A stretch of DNA of 64,000 nt from Guillardia theta CCMP2712 (lineage: Eukaryota > Protista > Cryptophyta): NCBI RefSeq assembly GCF_000315625.1, contig NW_005434506.1:1-64000 (forward strand), read 5' to 3'. Positions 1-18,939 of the stretch are shown piece by piece. Below the pieces are notes generated by a model, which searched no databases, was not told where the DNA came from, and was given only the letters and a program-made list of their open reading frames with translations. Position numbers and translations under genes: made by a program. Each line of letters opens with the position of its first letter. Position 1 is the first letter of the stretch.

Positions 1-70
1 GGGACTCACGTCCCTTCCCCCGGGGCTCGGTCCGGACCGGGCCCGAGAGCCCAGCCGGCCTCCGCCCGAA

Positions 71-157
71 CCCTAAACCCTAAACCCTAAACCCTAAACC
101 CTAAACCCTAAACCCTAAACCCTAAACCCTAAACCCTAAACCCTAAACCCTACCCCT
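71..157 (-). repeat. Telomere-type array (TTTAGGG)11 plus degenerate units, internal to the window
   Basis: Eleven perfect CCCTAAA units at 71-147, then ccctacccta. Preceded by a variant cccgaa and 70 nt of GC-rich non-telomeric DNA. Confidence 0.95.
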
Positions 158-739
158 ATCGCATTGAACTCCTGATTGTGCTCGAAATAAAAGTCCTTCA
201 ATGCGCTCTTTTATCCTTGTAATGCGCCAACAGACAACGTCTGATGTTTGACATTGTTGGCAGTGGAGCTCGATGCTTCCTCTACCATCTGCTCACCCTC
301 ATCGGAGTCACTCTCGTCGCTACTGTCGTCATCGGCGTCTATGTCGCCATGTTGCCCTCGCCTCCTCTTCCTTCTCTTTGTCATACCGGTACTTCTTGTC
401 AAATAGCCGAACAATCCCTTAACTGCCATCCATGAAAGTGGTAAATTCAATTGTCCAGACTCATTCAAAGCGTTTAAGTATATTTCATACTCGTTGGACT
501 CGCCTGCTCTTTGAGCTCTTTGAGCGCGCTTCGCTTTCTTTCGGAGGATATCCGACGACGAGTTTTAGAATTTTGTAACGATATACCTTCTGAGTGCTCT
601 CAGCGATTCGTTTGTTCCTCATCGCATCATACGCATGTATATCTCGGTCTGTTCTGTTAGTAGACACATCCCTCGTGAAAGAGGCTACACTACTTGCATC
701 AATGATTGTCCGCTGTCTCTGTCCCCAGACGCAATCCAT
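158..739 (-). pseudogene. Truncated Crypton-like tyrosine recombinase, N-terminal (core-binding) region
   Basis: Minus-strand translation gives RIAESTQKVYRYKILKL, then after a frame break YLNALNESGQLNLPLSWMAVKGLFGYL, an acidic loop, and TLSVGALQG*KSALKDFYFEHN (TAA at 211-213 where Tyr is expected). This resembles the GY(K/R)SALKxxY helix of Crypton-type recombinases. The catalytic domain is absent because the frame runs into the telomeric array. Confidence 0.55.
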
Positions 740-1185
740 TTTCGGTCAGTGGGGTGGTTTTACGTTCAACTGTTCGCATACACCTACAATACTTTACTTA
801 ACTTTTTCCTGGTACAAATTATTTCAGCGCAATCTTTGACGCACGTATCCTAGGAACGTCATGTTAGACTTGTATACTACCCCTAAAAGGACAGCAACAG
901 ATATATAGGGATTGCGCTATAAAAATTAATTGTGCAATTTGCTCCCAGGCCATCGGGACAACTTCTGATGAGGATCGGGCCGAAAGCGAAGGCAATGCGC
1001 AGGGTAGCAGAAAGACGGTTGAACTCTGACATTCCCAGACATCGTTAGATGAAGTAGCTCATATCGCGTAGTTTCAAGGTTGTTACAACACATATTTTTA
1101 TGGTCGTTACACCACATAGTTGTATTATCGTTGGTCATCCCATAATGTTTGGTTTGATGTTTCTGCAGGACTAGAAATTCACAGG

Positions 1186-4100
1186 ATGTCGAAACAAGAT
1201 CGAGACACACTTCGAATGCTCAAAGCCATCGGGCAGGTCACAGCGATGTTTTGTTACAGCAAGACAGTGATACTTATTGAAACCCTTTACAGAGTGATGA
1301 GACGAAATGGTTTACATGCTCACTGCTTGGCAGAAGAGCAGCCAGCCCAACAGTGACAATTGGATCACGGGTAACAGCTCTGGAACATGTGCCGTCGCCC
1401 GAGGGACTCCAGCGTCCACACTCATGCCACGCAGACATTGCGGCAGCGAGCGTCTCCTCCTCAAAAAGGTCTGAGCCTCTTGGAAACCTCGCTTCCTTAT
1501 TTGCCTGCCAGCAGCACGTGGCACGGGCTCGACGACGAAGCCTTGCGTGCACTATGGTGGCAGTTTCTTGGGGAGAACATTCAGCGAAGGCTCTCAAGAG
1601 CCAGAAACCTCGTGGAGAAGACAAAAACACCTCGTCAAGAAGAAATACTTTCACGAACTCATTCCTCTCCCTTGTTGCATAGATTCTCTTCTCGCCCCCG
1701 AGATGATGGCTTCAAGCGATGTGCCAGTGAGAGCATAGTTAATCCTCAGGAAAACGATGGGAGGAGGGAGGGCTTCCTTGATAGATACTCACGAAATTTG
1801 AACCTCGATATGCAATCAGATCATGTGACCCTCGAGCCTCGCACACGTTTCAAACAGAAACTTGATAGGCAAAGAGAAGAGGAACAGCTGCAGTACCGAG
1901 ATATCATATCAATGCTTGTTTCTGCTCAAATATCCTCCCGCCAGAAGTCAGTAAGCAAACTGAACTTGAGCAGGAAAGGATTCGAAGTGCTTCCGTGCGA
2001 GGTAAATGAGTTGACATTTAAAGACTCTGTTTAACCTGTACTTGCAAGGCTTGGTTGCTGATGCCTCCAGTTGTTGACTTGAATTGTTCGCATAACTTGC
2101 TGCACTCTATTCCAGAAGCCATCGAGAGATGGTTGTGTTTCACAATTATTTGGGTGCGGTTGAAATGCATATCAGGAGTTCAATCATAAAGCTAAGGTTG
2201 GATAACAACCGGCTTGAACGCATTTCAGATGGTACACTCTTGGTCTCTACACTTTTGCGTTGACTCAATACAGGAATCCGATATTGTACCAACTTGAGAG
2301 AGTTGAACTTGTCGTCCAATCGGTAATTCTGTGCTAGAATGTGATACAACTGTAACGACCTGGCAGCTTGTCGGACTTGCCTGAAACGGTGACTGATTGA
2401 TTGATTGTTCTTCTGCATAGATCTACGTTGTATGATGCTTGATTGATTGGGGCATTACAGATCTCCTTCCTCACGAATCTCACACAAATACAGTTGAATT
2501 CAAACAAATTCGATCACTTGCCCGAGTCCATTGCATTCTGCTTCAATCTACGAAAGGTACTCAGTTTTCCAGTATGACATGTCAATTAAGAGGCAACCTC
2601 TAAGGTCTCCGCAAGAGACTGCATACTTTGCAGAGGTTTGCATCCTATTGGATCCCTGCACAATCTCGTTGAACTTTCTGTGAGATCCTTTCGATCCTTT
2701 TGCCTCCCTTGCGTCCACTTACCTGCTCTTTGTGAATTCAGCTCATTCGTAACCCCAATCTTTTCTTTCTTCCCATCGAGCTTGGATATTGCACGCAGCT
2801 TTCTATGCTAGAAGTGGACGATATTGTGAATTTCCCTTCTCCGGAGGTCTCAATGCCCTGTTATTGAGATGCGTTTGGTGCTGCATTCGAAAGTCATAAT
2901 TCTCAAGGACGTACATAATTTCTACTACTTGCTTTTATGATCTGTCTTTTGTGAATGTGGAGTGTAAGATGAAATATTTGTGACTTGTGGGTTGGTGTCA
3001 GTTGAGAAGAAAAGGAATTGAACATGTCAAACAAGATCTTCAATACTTTCTTACAGTCAGAAAAACGCATGACTGCAGTGTTGCATCATCGGACATCCAA
3101 TTGTATGCCTGGTTTATGATCAACTCGATGTCTAAAGTCAATTTCACAGTCTTGGTGATCCGATTTGCTTTGAAGCTCATCTCACTCAATTGAACATCTC
3201 CTTCAACCGCATTAGCAGGCGAGGCAATATGACGATGAGACTGTCTGATTCTGTTGCAGACTTCCGCCTGCTATCTCTCATCTCACGAGCTTGAGGTCTT
3301 TGACAGCTTCATCGAATGCCATCAGTTTTCTTCCCGAACAGGTCTCGTTCTTCCTTGAGGGGGCTCTGCTTCATTCTCTCTCTATACAGATAGGCGGCTT
3401 GCTTCGACTGGAGCATCTACACCTTGACAACAACAGCTTGCGATCTCTTCCTTCTTCCCTTGGCAACATCACTACCATTCGCGTTCTGAACCTGAGATGC
3501 AATGATCTTGGTCTGTCTATCTCAGAAGATTTCAGCCGCACAAACTCTCTCGAAACAAATGTTTCGCAGCCTCCGATCAGCTACGACGACGCGTCCTTTC
3601 CTCTTCCTGTGTCGATGCGAAGACTGAAGGTAGCAAATCCGAAGACATGTGGGCCCTTGTAAGATATCCAACTGTTGCTGCAGCATCTTGAAAATCTTGT
3701 TCTTGACTCAAATCCTCATCTGCATCAGCCTCCTAAGGACGTACAGCAGGATAGTAAGGACGCATCTCTTTTGCGACTCATTCTTCTGCAGGCTGGCGCA
3801 CAAGCTGTGGTGAAGTATCTTGAAGGAGTAAACCAAGTTAGGGAAGGATCAAGCGTAAGTGTTTCCTACCCACACTCTCCTCTTCTTTCCTCCACTCCCT
3901 TGTTCTTGACTCCGTCTCGTGCTTTTCTATCTTGCCAACCAGATCGACGTCAGCGAGGCTGGTTTAAACTATTTTCCACGATTTGTCATCGACTGGCGTT
4001 TAGTTCGCAAGGGAGCAGCAAAAGAGGGAGATGCTGAAACAGGAGGGAGCAGCGAAGATATACTCCTGCTTCTCAACCTAGACGGAAACAATCTCCGAGC

Positions 4101-7100
4101 TCTTCCGGAAGCTGATTGCGGGCAATACACCGCGTCAGTAAGACCAGCTGGACAGAAACAAAAGTCAGACGCCTCTGGATCTCCCTCCCTCATATCATCG
4201 GTCAAGCCGTCAAACTCGAACAAAGTCGCTCACAAGGAAGGGCTTTTTTCTCACAGAGAAGGATTTGGTTTTGTCCTTCAGGTCGACTTCTGTTCTGCAT
4301 CTGTTGCTCGTTCATTCTTCGATGGGCTTACAGACTATTGCGGGAGGCATGAGGGCCCTGGAGACTGTCAGGCATCTCAGCGCGGCAGGGAACAAGCTCG
4401 TCTCCGTTCCTCCCTCCCTTTCCTGCTTGACGGTCCATCGGGATTCTCCTGCTTGACCACAAGTCACCTTGCTCCTCAGGCTCTACAGCATCTAAACCTC
4501 GCCAACAACCTCCTGGAAACTTGGCAACAGACAGAAACGGAGAGTCTTCTGCCTTGCCTGAGGTAGTTCCTAAACGCTCGACTCCATTCCCCTTATCATC
4601 ATCATCATCATCATCATCATCATCGGCATCAATATCAGTATCAGCATCATCATCGGCATCATCAGCGGCATCAGCATCACGTCACCTCCACCAACCCCAC
4701 CACTTTCTTCATCATCATCTTGTGTTTTCTTACACATCTGCACTTTCCTCTTTCTCACTTTTTCGTTCAGTTTCTGTTCTCTCTCAGAGAATCAACTTCG
4801 TAGGATTCCTGTTGAGATATCAAAACTCACAAGCCTGACTCAGCTGGAGCTTGACAGCAACTTCATCGATCATCTTCCATCATGGATTTCCTCACTTTCT
4901 TTCCTTTCTATCCTCTCTCTCAACTCCAACGAACTCTCTTCCTTGCCTGACCAGGTCACATCTCTTCATCAACTTCGCGTTCTTCGGCTGAGCGCCAACA
5001 AGTTTTCTGTCTTTCCTCCTGTGCTTTGTACCTTGTCAAAGCTTGAGCTTCTTCGCCTCTCGTCAAACTTCCTCGTCTCCCTGCCCCGCGAAATTTTCAA
5101 GATGAAATCTCTCCGAGAGCTTTCCCTCAACAACAATGACCTTGCTGAGCTTCCCACTTCCATCAGTCTAATGCCAGCTCTGCTTCAGCTGAGTTTGCGG
5201 GTCTGTTGATAATACTTTTTTCTCCCTAGCTTCTTGTTTTGCTTACAATTATGTCAGGATAATCGTCAAGTTGCTGAGAAATTTCCAGCAGGGCTCTTGC
5301 AGCAGGTGAATAGATTGCCCTTCTTTACCACTTCCTGTGGTTGCATCCGTTATTCTCACCTCTGTCTGCTGTTGTGTCGGTTTGGAATCCCTATCTTGCG
5401 AGTGTTTCCCAGCTCCTTGTCTGTCCTCTTGATCTTCTGCTGAAGCTCCGGCAGTCTCTCAACAACGTCAAGCTGTATCTCAGAAGGATCGAGCAAGCTG
5501 GGCAGCAGCTGGACCTGTCGGGGCTAATGCTCCAGGCGCTTCCTTCCATCCTCCGCATAGGCATCGCACACACGCTGAGAGAGCTTGTGCTGGCAGACAA
5601 CCAGCTCAGCGACCTTCCTCTCGACCTCTCCGCCCTCCACTCGCTCGAGACTCTTGACTTGCGACAGAATCGCTTCCTTCGCATCCCCGACGTTGTTTTC
5701 TCTCTCCTCGTTCTCAAGGTCCTCAATCTCCAAGACAACCCCTTGCAGAACCTTCCAGAAGAAATCCTGCATGCCGGCTCGGACGCCATCTTCTCCTACT
5801 CCCGCAGAGTGCGAGCTAGTCACAGGTCTGGCCTGCTGGACCTTCGTCAGCTGGGGTTGTCCAGTTTGCCCAGGCAGATCTTTTCCTTGTCCCATGTGGA
5901 GGACTTGGACTTGTCTGAAAACTCCATCAGAAGCCTGCCGGACCAACTCTGCTGGCTCCTCCCAAACCTCACGCGGCTGAGCTTGAGGAAGAACGAGTTG
6001 CAGGCGCCGCTTCCTCTCTTCCTCGGACTTCTCTCAGCCCTTACCAGCCTAGACCTAGCACAGAACAAGCTCTCCTCCCTTCCTCTCGCCATCGCTCAGC
6101 TCACCCGCCTAAAGACCCTCGGGCACGCGGGAAATCCGCTGAGGATGCCAACGGCAGCAGCGCTCGCCTCTGGCCTCCCCAACGTGTTCAAACTCTTCGG
6201 GCAGCTGGTGGCCAAGGGCGTGGGGATGAGTCAGACGCGGCACGTGCGGCTGGAGGAGGGGATGCAGTCGCTTGATCGGCTCAGTCTGGCTCCCTACGCC
6301 AAGCCCGAGCACCATGAATGCGTGCTCATACAGCAGGGACGTCGGAGAGGCTGCAGTCTTGAGGACGCGGTGCAGGAGGCGCAGGCTGGGGCGATGATCC
6401 TCTTACGCCCGGGGAGGTACAGGCAGCCGCTTCTGCTCCAGACGGATGGGGTGACGGTGGCAGGAGACGGAGGCTGCGAGGAATGCGTCATATGCTTCGG
6501 GAAAGAGCATCCCAAGGAGAATCCAGGAGGAGAGGAAGGGACCAGCTCTGTTTTCTCGACCATCATCAGCAAGGGAAGCGGCATCTGCCTCTACAACCTG
6601 ACGGTCGAATGGGATGGGGCGGACTCAGTGATGTTTCCTCACGGTGTCGCACAAGACTCAGCAGCTGTTTTGGTGCTGCGAGGAGATCTTGCGCTTGTCA
6701 ATTGTGTCGTTCATAACCCGAGAGGAGCAGGTGTGCTTCGCTACTTGCGAAGAAAGACATATGGGAAGTAGATCAGTAGAATCTACTTCCCATATGTCCT
6801 ACTTTCATTTTCTCCTTCCCTTTGGCTTCTTTGCTCTGCAATCTTTTCTTCAATTGTCCATGTTCTCTTCCAACTTCCATGTCTCTCCTCATTTATCCTT
6901 TCTCTGCATGCTTCCTTTATTTGCCTCTCGTTCTCCTGTCATCTTTTCTCGACTCTCTCTCAATCATCTCGTCTCAGGCGTCATTCTACGTCGGGCTGCA
7001 AAAGCAAAGATCTCAGCCTGCAGGTTTGCATCCTCGGGGACAACGGGGATCGTCATAGAAGAAGAGGTGAGTCATCAAGGAGGATAGAGAAGTGGAGGCG

Positions 7101-9555
7101 GCCCCAAGGGAGAGGGGAGCGAGGGGAGAAAGATATCAGAGTCTGATAGCCTGCCAGGTTTCAGCAGAGGTTCGATTTTGTGATATCCTCAAGTCAAAGA
7201 AATGTGCAATCCTGTACATGCGAGCATCGAATCCTCTTATTGAAGGGAACAGGTCATCTAGTGTCATCCCCTTGAATTCAATCGGGACTCTTCTCTGCTC
7301 ATCGTTCTCGTTGTGTTTTCTCTTTCTCTCCTTGTCGTCGTCTATTGTTTCCTCTCTCTTTTGCTAGCTCTCCTTATCTTGTTTGTATTTTGGAACCCTC
7401 CTGTTCGATTCTTGTGTCAAAGGCCTCGTTTGCTCTGTATACATACCATTTCGTTTGTTTCCTCCATACAGTCTTGATTACTTCCTTTTACATTCACAGT
7501 GTTCTCTTCACCGACCTTTTCTTGACTCTTCTTATATCCTTTCAGGATCGTTCACTCGGGCAGTAGCGGCATCCTTGCTGCTTGCTCAAGCCTTGGCATT
7601 ATCAAGAGCAACGACATAGTGGCAAGCAAGAGAGCGGGAGGTGGGTGAACGATGAAGCAGGTGTTTGGTTTTCAGCTTACATGTTCTTGCTGCCTTCAGT
7701 TGAGCTTCAAGACGGATCGGACCCGGTAGTTCAGCAGAACAAGATCTATCAGAATATGTTTGGTGAGATCGCTTGTGCTACTTTTCTGATTGAATGGCTG
7801 CCATTCCAAGTCAAATGCTCTCTGCCTGTCATATGATGCTTGTGGCCCGGCCAGGTCTCATTCTTTCAGCCTCTCGAGGTAAAATTTTAGACAACGTCAT
7901 CAACGAGTCAAAATTTGCTGCTGTCTCCATCTTGAAGAAGGTACTTTTCTCTTTCTTGTCTTGTACCATTCAGGTTGTTCGGTTTCTTGTCTTTCTCATC
8001 TGTCGTATCTGTCAATTCTTTCCTTGTCTTATCTTTGCAACTGATCTCCGTATCAGACATGTACAGAGTTAACGCTGAATCGGATCAAAGGAGAGCAGAA
8101 GGCGACAGGAATGATGGTGATGCATGCGAATGCTTACCTGCAACATTGACCTTCGACATGCATTCATCACTTTGCTTCCTTCAATCATTCATCACATCAT
8201 CATAATCGATGAACATATCACCTCTCTGCTTCTTCTCCTGCTCCTGATCTTTTGCCTGGCTCATGCAAGTATTGTGTCAGGTGAGCGGAGGCAGCAAGGT
8301 CTGGATACGTCAGCAGGAGCTACAGGGAGTGAGAAAGGGGATTGTCATCAGCGAGGCTTCAGAGGTTTCTCTCTACGACTCCCGCATCTTTCACCTCTCC
8401 TCCGACGCTGTTGCGATAAGTGGCGAGGGTAAGAACTTCTCCTCATCCTGCCCCTCTTCCTCCCTATGGACTCCATTAACAGCCACATGCAAACAATAAT
8501 TGAATGCTTATTTTGTCCTTGTGGTGTTGACAGCATCTCACACTTTGAATACGCAGACAGCAAACTTATTGCGTCTGGGAATGAATGCTTTGGCAACCCG
8601 GGAATAGGGGTGATTCCTTGAAATTTTCATTTTCCCTCCTTCCTCCTTCCTCCTTCATCTCCTTTTTCTTCCTCTTCCTCCTTCTCTGCTTCCCTACTCG
8701 CAACGCAGACTTAATCGGGCTCGTCGGGTGTTCACTTGACTCTCTGGTAGTTTCACATCACCCGAGGAGCATCCGCCAAACTTCTGGTCCCTCCCTCCCT
8801 CTCTCCCATCCTCCCCTCCGTTCACTCATTGCAGGACAACAAGATCAACTTCAACAACGGCGTTGGCTTGCTTGTCGACGAAGACTGCACCGGATCCATG
8901 GCAAGAAATGAGGTCATCATTCCCTTGCTCTTCTCCTTGAAATGATGGTGGTTTCATGGCCTCCAATGTTTCAAACCTCCCCCCTTTTCATGTTTTGACC
9001 GTTCCATCGTCGAATAACTTCTCTTGTCAAACTATCTTGCACGTTCGTTTCAAAGCATCGATTTCCATCAATTTCTATCTCACTCAATCTCTTCAATCCC
9101 TTTGCTTCATTCCTTATCGAAGTCACAGATTCATGATAATGCTGAAGGCGACATTCTCGTCTATGCTCCCGACAGGTACGAGCCAAGCTGTCATGCTGAG
9201 CTGAGTGCCTGGCAGACTTTTCATTAAAGAACTTTGACAAGCTGAGAAGGATTGGCAGCTTGGGTCGGGGGTGTGTCAGGTGGGGATGGAAGTGAGGTTG
9301 AGTCTGTCAGAGAGGGTCTGGTAGTCCCACGAGAAGGGCATGTGCGCCTGAAGGTTCCAGCTGGAGATGTCCGACGTCCTACTGGATGTCAACAAGGTCT
9401 TAGATCTCTTCCTCTCACCTCCATGCGTCGCTGTACAGGAAGAGCTGCCGCCGCTGCCTCATCGTTTGTTTGGCGTTCTCGTCGATGACTTTGAGCAAGT
9501 CTGCGTTGCCACATCAAATACTCAGAGACGAGGTAGAACAAGGAGGAGGGTGTGA
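1186..9555 (+). CDS. Large multi-exon leucine-rich repeat protein with C-terminal right-handed parallel beta-helix (PbH1/CASH, FBXO11-like) domain
   Basis: Many LxxLxLxxNxLxxLP repeats in exons from about 1950 to 6150 (e.g. LRVLRLSANKFSVFP, LETLDLRQNRFLRIP, LTSLDLAQNKLSSLP). These are followed by SLEDAVQEAQAGAMILLRPGRYRQPLLL..VTVAGDG and beta-helix exons (NPLIEGN, DPVVQQNKIYQN, GKILDNVI). Ends approximate. Confidence 0.8.
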
Positions 9556-9560
9556 TAGGA

Positions 9561-11250
9561 TCAGGAGGAGGCAGTTGACCGAGGGAATATGAGAGGCGGC
9601 AGACCTCGTGGAAGGTAATCAACGACTAAGTAGACATACGTCCGAGATGTTGCGGTCGTGCTTCGAACGTCTGATTGCTTCCTCTCTAACTCCAACTTCT
9701 CCTCTGCCAACACTCATCAGTCCCACGTGATAGAGAGAGGCCGCTCACTGCCTTGTTTCCATCTCTTCATGCTTGAGACCAAACCTCCTTTGTCCTTTTC
9801 CTTCGCTTCTAGACGCGTCTCCAAGTCCTTCACCTTGACCAGCTTTGAGCGCAAGCAGAGCAATAAATGACGCATCATACAACAAGCTCGATCCTCTTCA
9901 ACCTCTCCTCCACGCTTTCCACAGAATCATAACTTCCTGATCGTGTGTCCTTCCCCTCTCTGAGAATTCTCTCTTGTACAGATTGAAGGAGTTGTTTTTT
10001 CTCCTGCAGCCTGTCCGCCAGCAAACTTCCGAGCCGATCAATCTGCAGTGATCATAAGCAAGAGCGAGAGAGCAGCCAGCACCACTCACTTCTTTGTCGA
10101 GCTTCTCGAGCTTTTCTGTATCCCACACCTCGCGGTTGCGAGCAGCGACGGCGACGCTGGTCGGACTGACGTCGCGCATCTTCATGAGAAGCTGTCAAGC
10201 AAACTAAGATGCCAAGACAACTGACCTCTGCTATCACAAGCCGCTCTTCCACCATGTTCTGAAGCATATGGTTATGCTTGATGCAAGCAATGTAAAAAAT
10301 GCTCACTGTGTTTGGATCTACTGAAGGAAAGTAGTTGTTCTCCATCAGGAACTTGGCTGTACAACACATGGCACTCAAGTGATCAACTGTGTTGTGGCAT
10401 CCTAACCAAAACCCTCACCAGCAGCTCGCGCAGAAACGATAGCAGGCTCGTTCTCTTTCACAGAAAGCCACAACTAGCACAAGTCATTTCACGCGTGAAG
10501 AACTCCAGGCGCACCATCTCTGTGATAGGAATCGAGACTTCATAGCTCGCTGCCTGCGGTCTGAAATTCTTTGTGGGTGAAGGAACGATGGGTATCCTGC
10601 TCAGCAGTCTTCACTAACCGCACCGCATCCGGCTTCGACACTTGCCAGTTCCCCAGACTGTCCTGGTAGGTTTCTATAAGGAAAGGAAAGGGATCCGAAT
10701 CTTGGGTGACCTGCAACAGCCATCAGTGACTCCCTGGCGACTTGCAACACTCGATGATTCACCTCAACAATCAAGAAGAATCTGGGTTCTATTCCATACA
10801 CCACGCTTGGCGAATGCTTTGATGCCGACATCAGTCGCTGAACATAGAAACGTCACAACAAGCAACCAGGCCAAGGAGTCGGGCACCTCAAACTGAGTGA
10901 ACTGATTGAAGAAAGGAATGCGATTGCCAGTCAAAGGGTCAAACATGATTCCGATGTTCATCAAAGCAATCTTGATCGAAAAACGAGTCAGCACACCAAC
11001 AGGCAGCTTGTCGTCCTCACCACATACTGTGCTGCACTAGTAGCAACCGATACTTCTGCGTTGTCGCTGACATGCTTCCATAACGGAACATTCTACCAAG
11101 GTTGTCGCTCAACCACGTGCGAGCAGTAATCATTCTCACCTGCGCCTCGCATGCAATCGACGCTAGAAGCAGGACAAGCAAAGGAGGCAGTCCTTTGGTA
11201 AACACTTTGCTCGCCTCAAGCTCTCTCCACATCCTCATCCTCATTCTCAT
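9561..11250 (-). CDS. Hypothetical multi-exon membrane or secreted protein with C-terminal coiled coil
   Basis: Signal-like GLPPLLVLLLASIACEA, hydrophobic SLAWLLVVTFLCSA, and GT-AG bounded exons (ORFs 10764-10994, 10052-10378, 9898-10185) ending in a charged helical tail. Confidence 0.5.
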
Positions 11251-11779
11251 CTTTTTCCTCCTCCTCCTCCTCTTCCTCTATACCTCCATCTTACGTTTCT
11301 TCCCTCCTCCCATTGAAGCGATATAACGGACTAGTCAAAATTGACAACTTTATCTGAGGCAGACCCGTGTAAATGCCCCTATTTCGGGAGTCACTACAAT
11401 GCAGCGCTGCGAACCCCGACATTATCCTCTAGCTGGGGAGGGGAGGAGGGAAGAGAGAGGAAGGAAGGAGGAATGAGAAACATGACACATCACCCGATAC
11501 ATGATGCAGCAAGCTAGGTCGACCTTCAGACCAAAATGGTCTGAACCAACTTGGTCTGAATAGCGATAAAGACAAGGAGGCGTGGCATGAAATAGTTTGT
11601 AGAAATGACTGTAAGAAAAAAATGTTCTGTAGCAGAGAACAAAGAAACTACATTAATTTGTGAGAAAAGTAGAAGGGAACAAGCTAGCTGTACAAAGCTC
11701 TCAAAGAGAAACATATAGTTTGAGTTGAACACAACGTGCAAGAAAGGTGTTCTCAGCTGATTTTAACTTGCGCTATCCA

Positions 11780-12656
11780 GATGTTCAAAATGGCTCGCAT
11801 GATTCAGTCTCTTGAATGGGAGGTTTCCTGCCATCAGACTGTAAGTCGTGTTGTTTTGTTCTCCTCCTCCTCTTATCTTCGTTACAGCCTGGAGAGTCTG
11901 GCGAATGCAATGCCGAAGACGCAGCAGAAGCAATCAGCACAGGTGCAATACGCTTGAGGGTTGAGGTTGCTTCATGCTCTTAGACAAAGGCTTGCTCCTT
12001 CGCTCCTTTGCTGCTATTTCACAACCTCTCACGACACTTGCGTCCTTCAGCTCCTCCCACACAATGATCAATACAGCCTCCACCTCCGCCTCCTCCTGAT
12101 CATCATCATCGTATGATCATCATTATCTCTTTCATCATCATCATCATCACCACCACCATCACCACCAACATCATATCACCGCCACTATCATCAACCTTAG
12201 GTTTCATTCATTCTTAGTCTCTGACCATTTTCGTCAAGGATATGTTAACGATCAGGGTTCTTGGCCCACCCGCGCTGATCCCAAGCAGGTAAGACAGGCA
12301 CATGTCAGTAGTGAGGAAAGAAGAGAAGGGGGGGGGAGGAGAGTGCGATCAAGAAGAGGTTGATGGAAGAGCTGCACAAGTACCAGGAGAGTGCGACAGC
12401 TCAAGTGAATCGATCCTGCAGTTTACCGTCAGCTACGTTGATCCTCCTTCTGGCGGAGGAAGCTACGTCGTTGATACTTCTGCCAACTAAGCGCTGGATC
12501 CTTGCACCTTCCTCCTTCTCCTCCTCCTCTCTCCGTTCTGCTGTTCGTCTTGACGCTTCGTCTCTTCTTACTTCTGCATCTCCTGTGAAGTGAGACAGGT
12601 AGGTTGCGGATGTCGGAGAAGACGATGAGGGAGAGGAGGCGAAGGGTGAAGAGTGA
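11780..12656 (+). CDS. Possible small multi-exon hypothetical protein
   Basis: Short GT-AG bounded segments (MFKMARMIQSLEWEVSCHQT / SLESLANAMPKTQQKQSAQ / MEELHKYQESATAQ). No recognisable domain. Confidence 0.25.
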
Positions 12657-12725
12657 AAAAGTTGTCACGTTTCTTGAGGATGAAATTGTATTGCACAAAC
12701 ATGACGATGACGACTAATAACTCAT

Positions 12726-18370
<5,645 letters not shown>

Positions 18371-18939
18371 TCCAACCGCCATCCGTGAAACGCAGGAGCG
18401 TCGGGCGATCTTTGCGTGAAGAGCAGCAGGTTGAAACCTTCGTCTGTAAGGATCATCAGGACGGTGAGAAAGACAAGGTTTACAGGTTGAGAGCTCCACT
18501 ATGATCGGATATCTGTGCTATCAGTTCTATCACCATACACCGGCAACATGATCGTGATATGCTATCTTGATGATAAACTAAACCACCTCAAAACAAAAAA
18601 TGATTGAAAAATCTAGTAGCTTGCAAGACAATCCTTTCCCTTCACCCTCTATTGACATTCTCTGTCTTTCTACCATGTCTCTCCGTGTACCTTCCTCACC
18701 CCGGATCTCTCTATCCCATCGACACTCTCTCCTGTCTCCGTCCATCGGCTCCTCTGCCCTGGTGTTTTCGCGGCTTTATCACAAGCATTGCGGGGGACGC
18801 GATCGACGCACATAGAGGTCATTAGAGGGGGTAGGTGTAGGGATAGGGGTAGGTACCCTCATAAAGCCATTGTTCAGTCGGGTGTTAAAAAAAGGGGGGC
18901 CCGAGGGGTACTCAAAACGGGGGCAGGGTCAGGTACTGA

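Noticed and set aside
71-157. A true chromosome end
   Set aside because: Only 11 perfect units are present and non-telomeric sequence lies distal to them, so it cannot be called a terminal telomere from this window.
10560-10600. HRSFTH motif suggesting a YdjM-like metal hydrolase
   Set aside because: That frame stops a few codons later; the frame compatible with the flanking splice sites reads IPIVPSPTKNFRPQ instead.
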